A DNA stretch of 64,000 nucleotides from Candidatus Nanoarchaeia archaeon (GTDB taxonomy: Bacteria; Patescibacteriota; Microgenomatia; Woykebacterales; RBG-16-39-9b), in assembly GCA_036514715.1 (NCBI GenBank), contig DATBWR010000004.1, positions 9,147-73,146 of the forward strand, written 5' to 3'. The notes under the pieces were generated by a model that was not told the DNA's origin, made no database searches, and was given only the letters and a program-made list of their open reading frames with translations. The translations under genes were made by a program, and so were the position numbers. This document shows positions 63,939 through 64,000 of this stretch, piece after piece. How positions within the stretch are numbered: position 1 is the first letter of the stretch; every line of letters begins with the position of its first letter.

Positions 63939-64000
63939 ATGCTTGACGGTTATTATGGAATGATGGGTAGTTTTGGGGTGTCCTCTGGTTTAGCTTGGTT
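63939..64000 (+). CDS. Start of a small membrane protein (truncated by window)
   Basis: GAAGGTG SD, then MLDGYYGMMGSFG... Confidence 0.5.
   Translation, partial: MLDGYYGMMGSFGVSSGLAW

Noticed and set aside
1-64000. Alternative genetic code (UGA recoding), prophage or integron
   Set aside because: Conserved genes are full length under code 11 and several end in TGA; no integrase, phage structural genes or attC array seen.

Overview
64 kb of a reduced-genome bacterium using the standard genetic code. Gene content suggests a CPR/Patescibacteria (Microgenomates-like) genome (inference): class I LysRS, cupin PGI, split transketolase, protease-less Lon, mini TsaB, many apparently leaderless genes. 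Core content: aspS (partial), gltX, lysS, serS, tRNA-Glu, greA, prfB, ftsEX, uppS, uppP, a glycolysis/pentose-phosphate operon headed by an ArsR regulator, trxB, and nrdR-nrdJ followed by a cobalamin riboswitch and putative B12 uptake genes. The main find is a compact type V CRISPR locus (about 7150-10580). It has a structured tracrRNA candidate with an anti-repeat, a 4-repeat array, cas1, cas2 (no cas4) and a 486-aa Cas12f/TnpB-like effector whose RuvC-I and RuvC-III aspartates are replaced. That makes it a probably nuclease-dead miniature effector that keeps an adaptation module and has no transposition genes nearby. Other notable items: a tandem pair of complementary-defective histidine kinases, four copies of an ArsR/SmtB-type palindrome, a triplicated hairpin element, a circularly permuted M23 peptidase, a degenerate tRNA-Glu copy and a small defence-like island. 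All calls were made by eye; no database searches were run.
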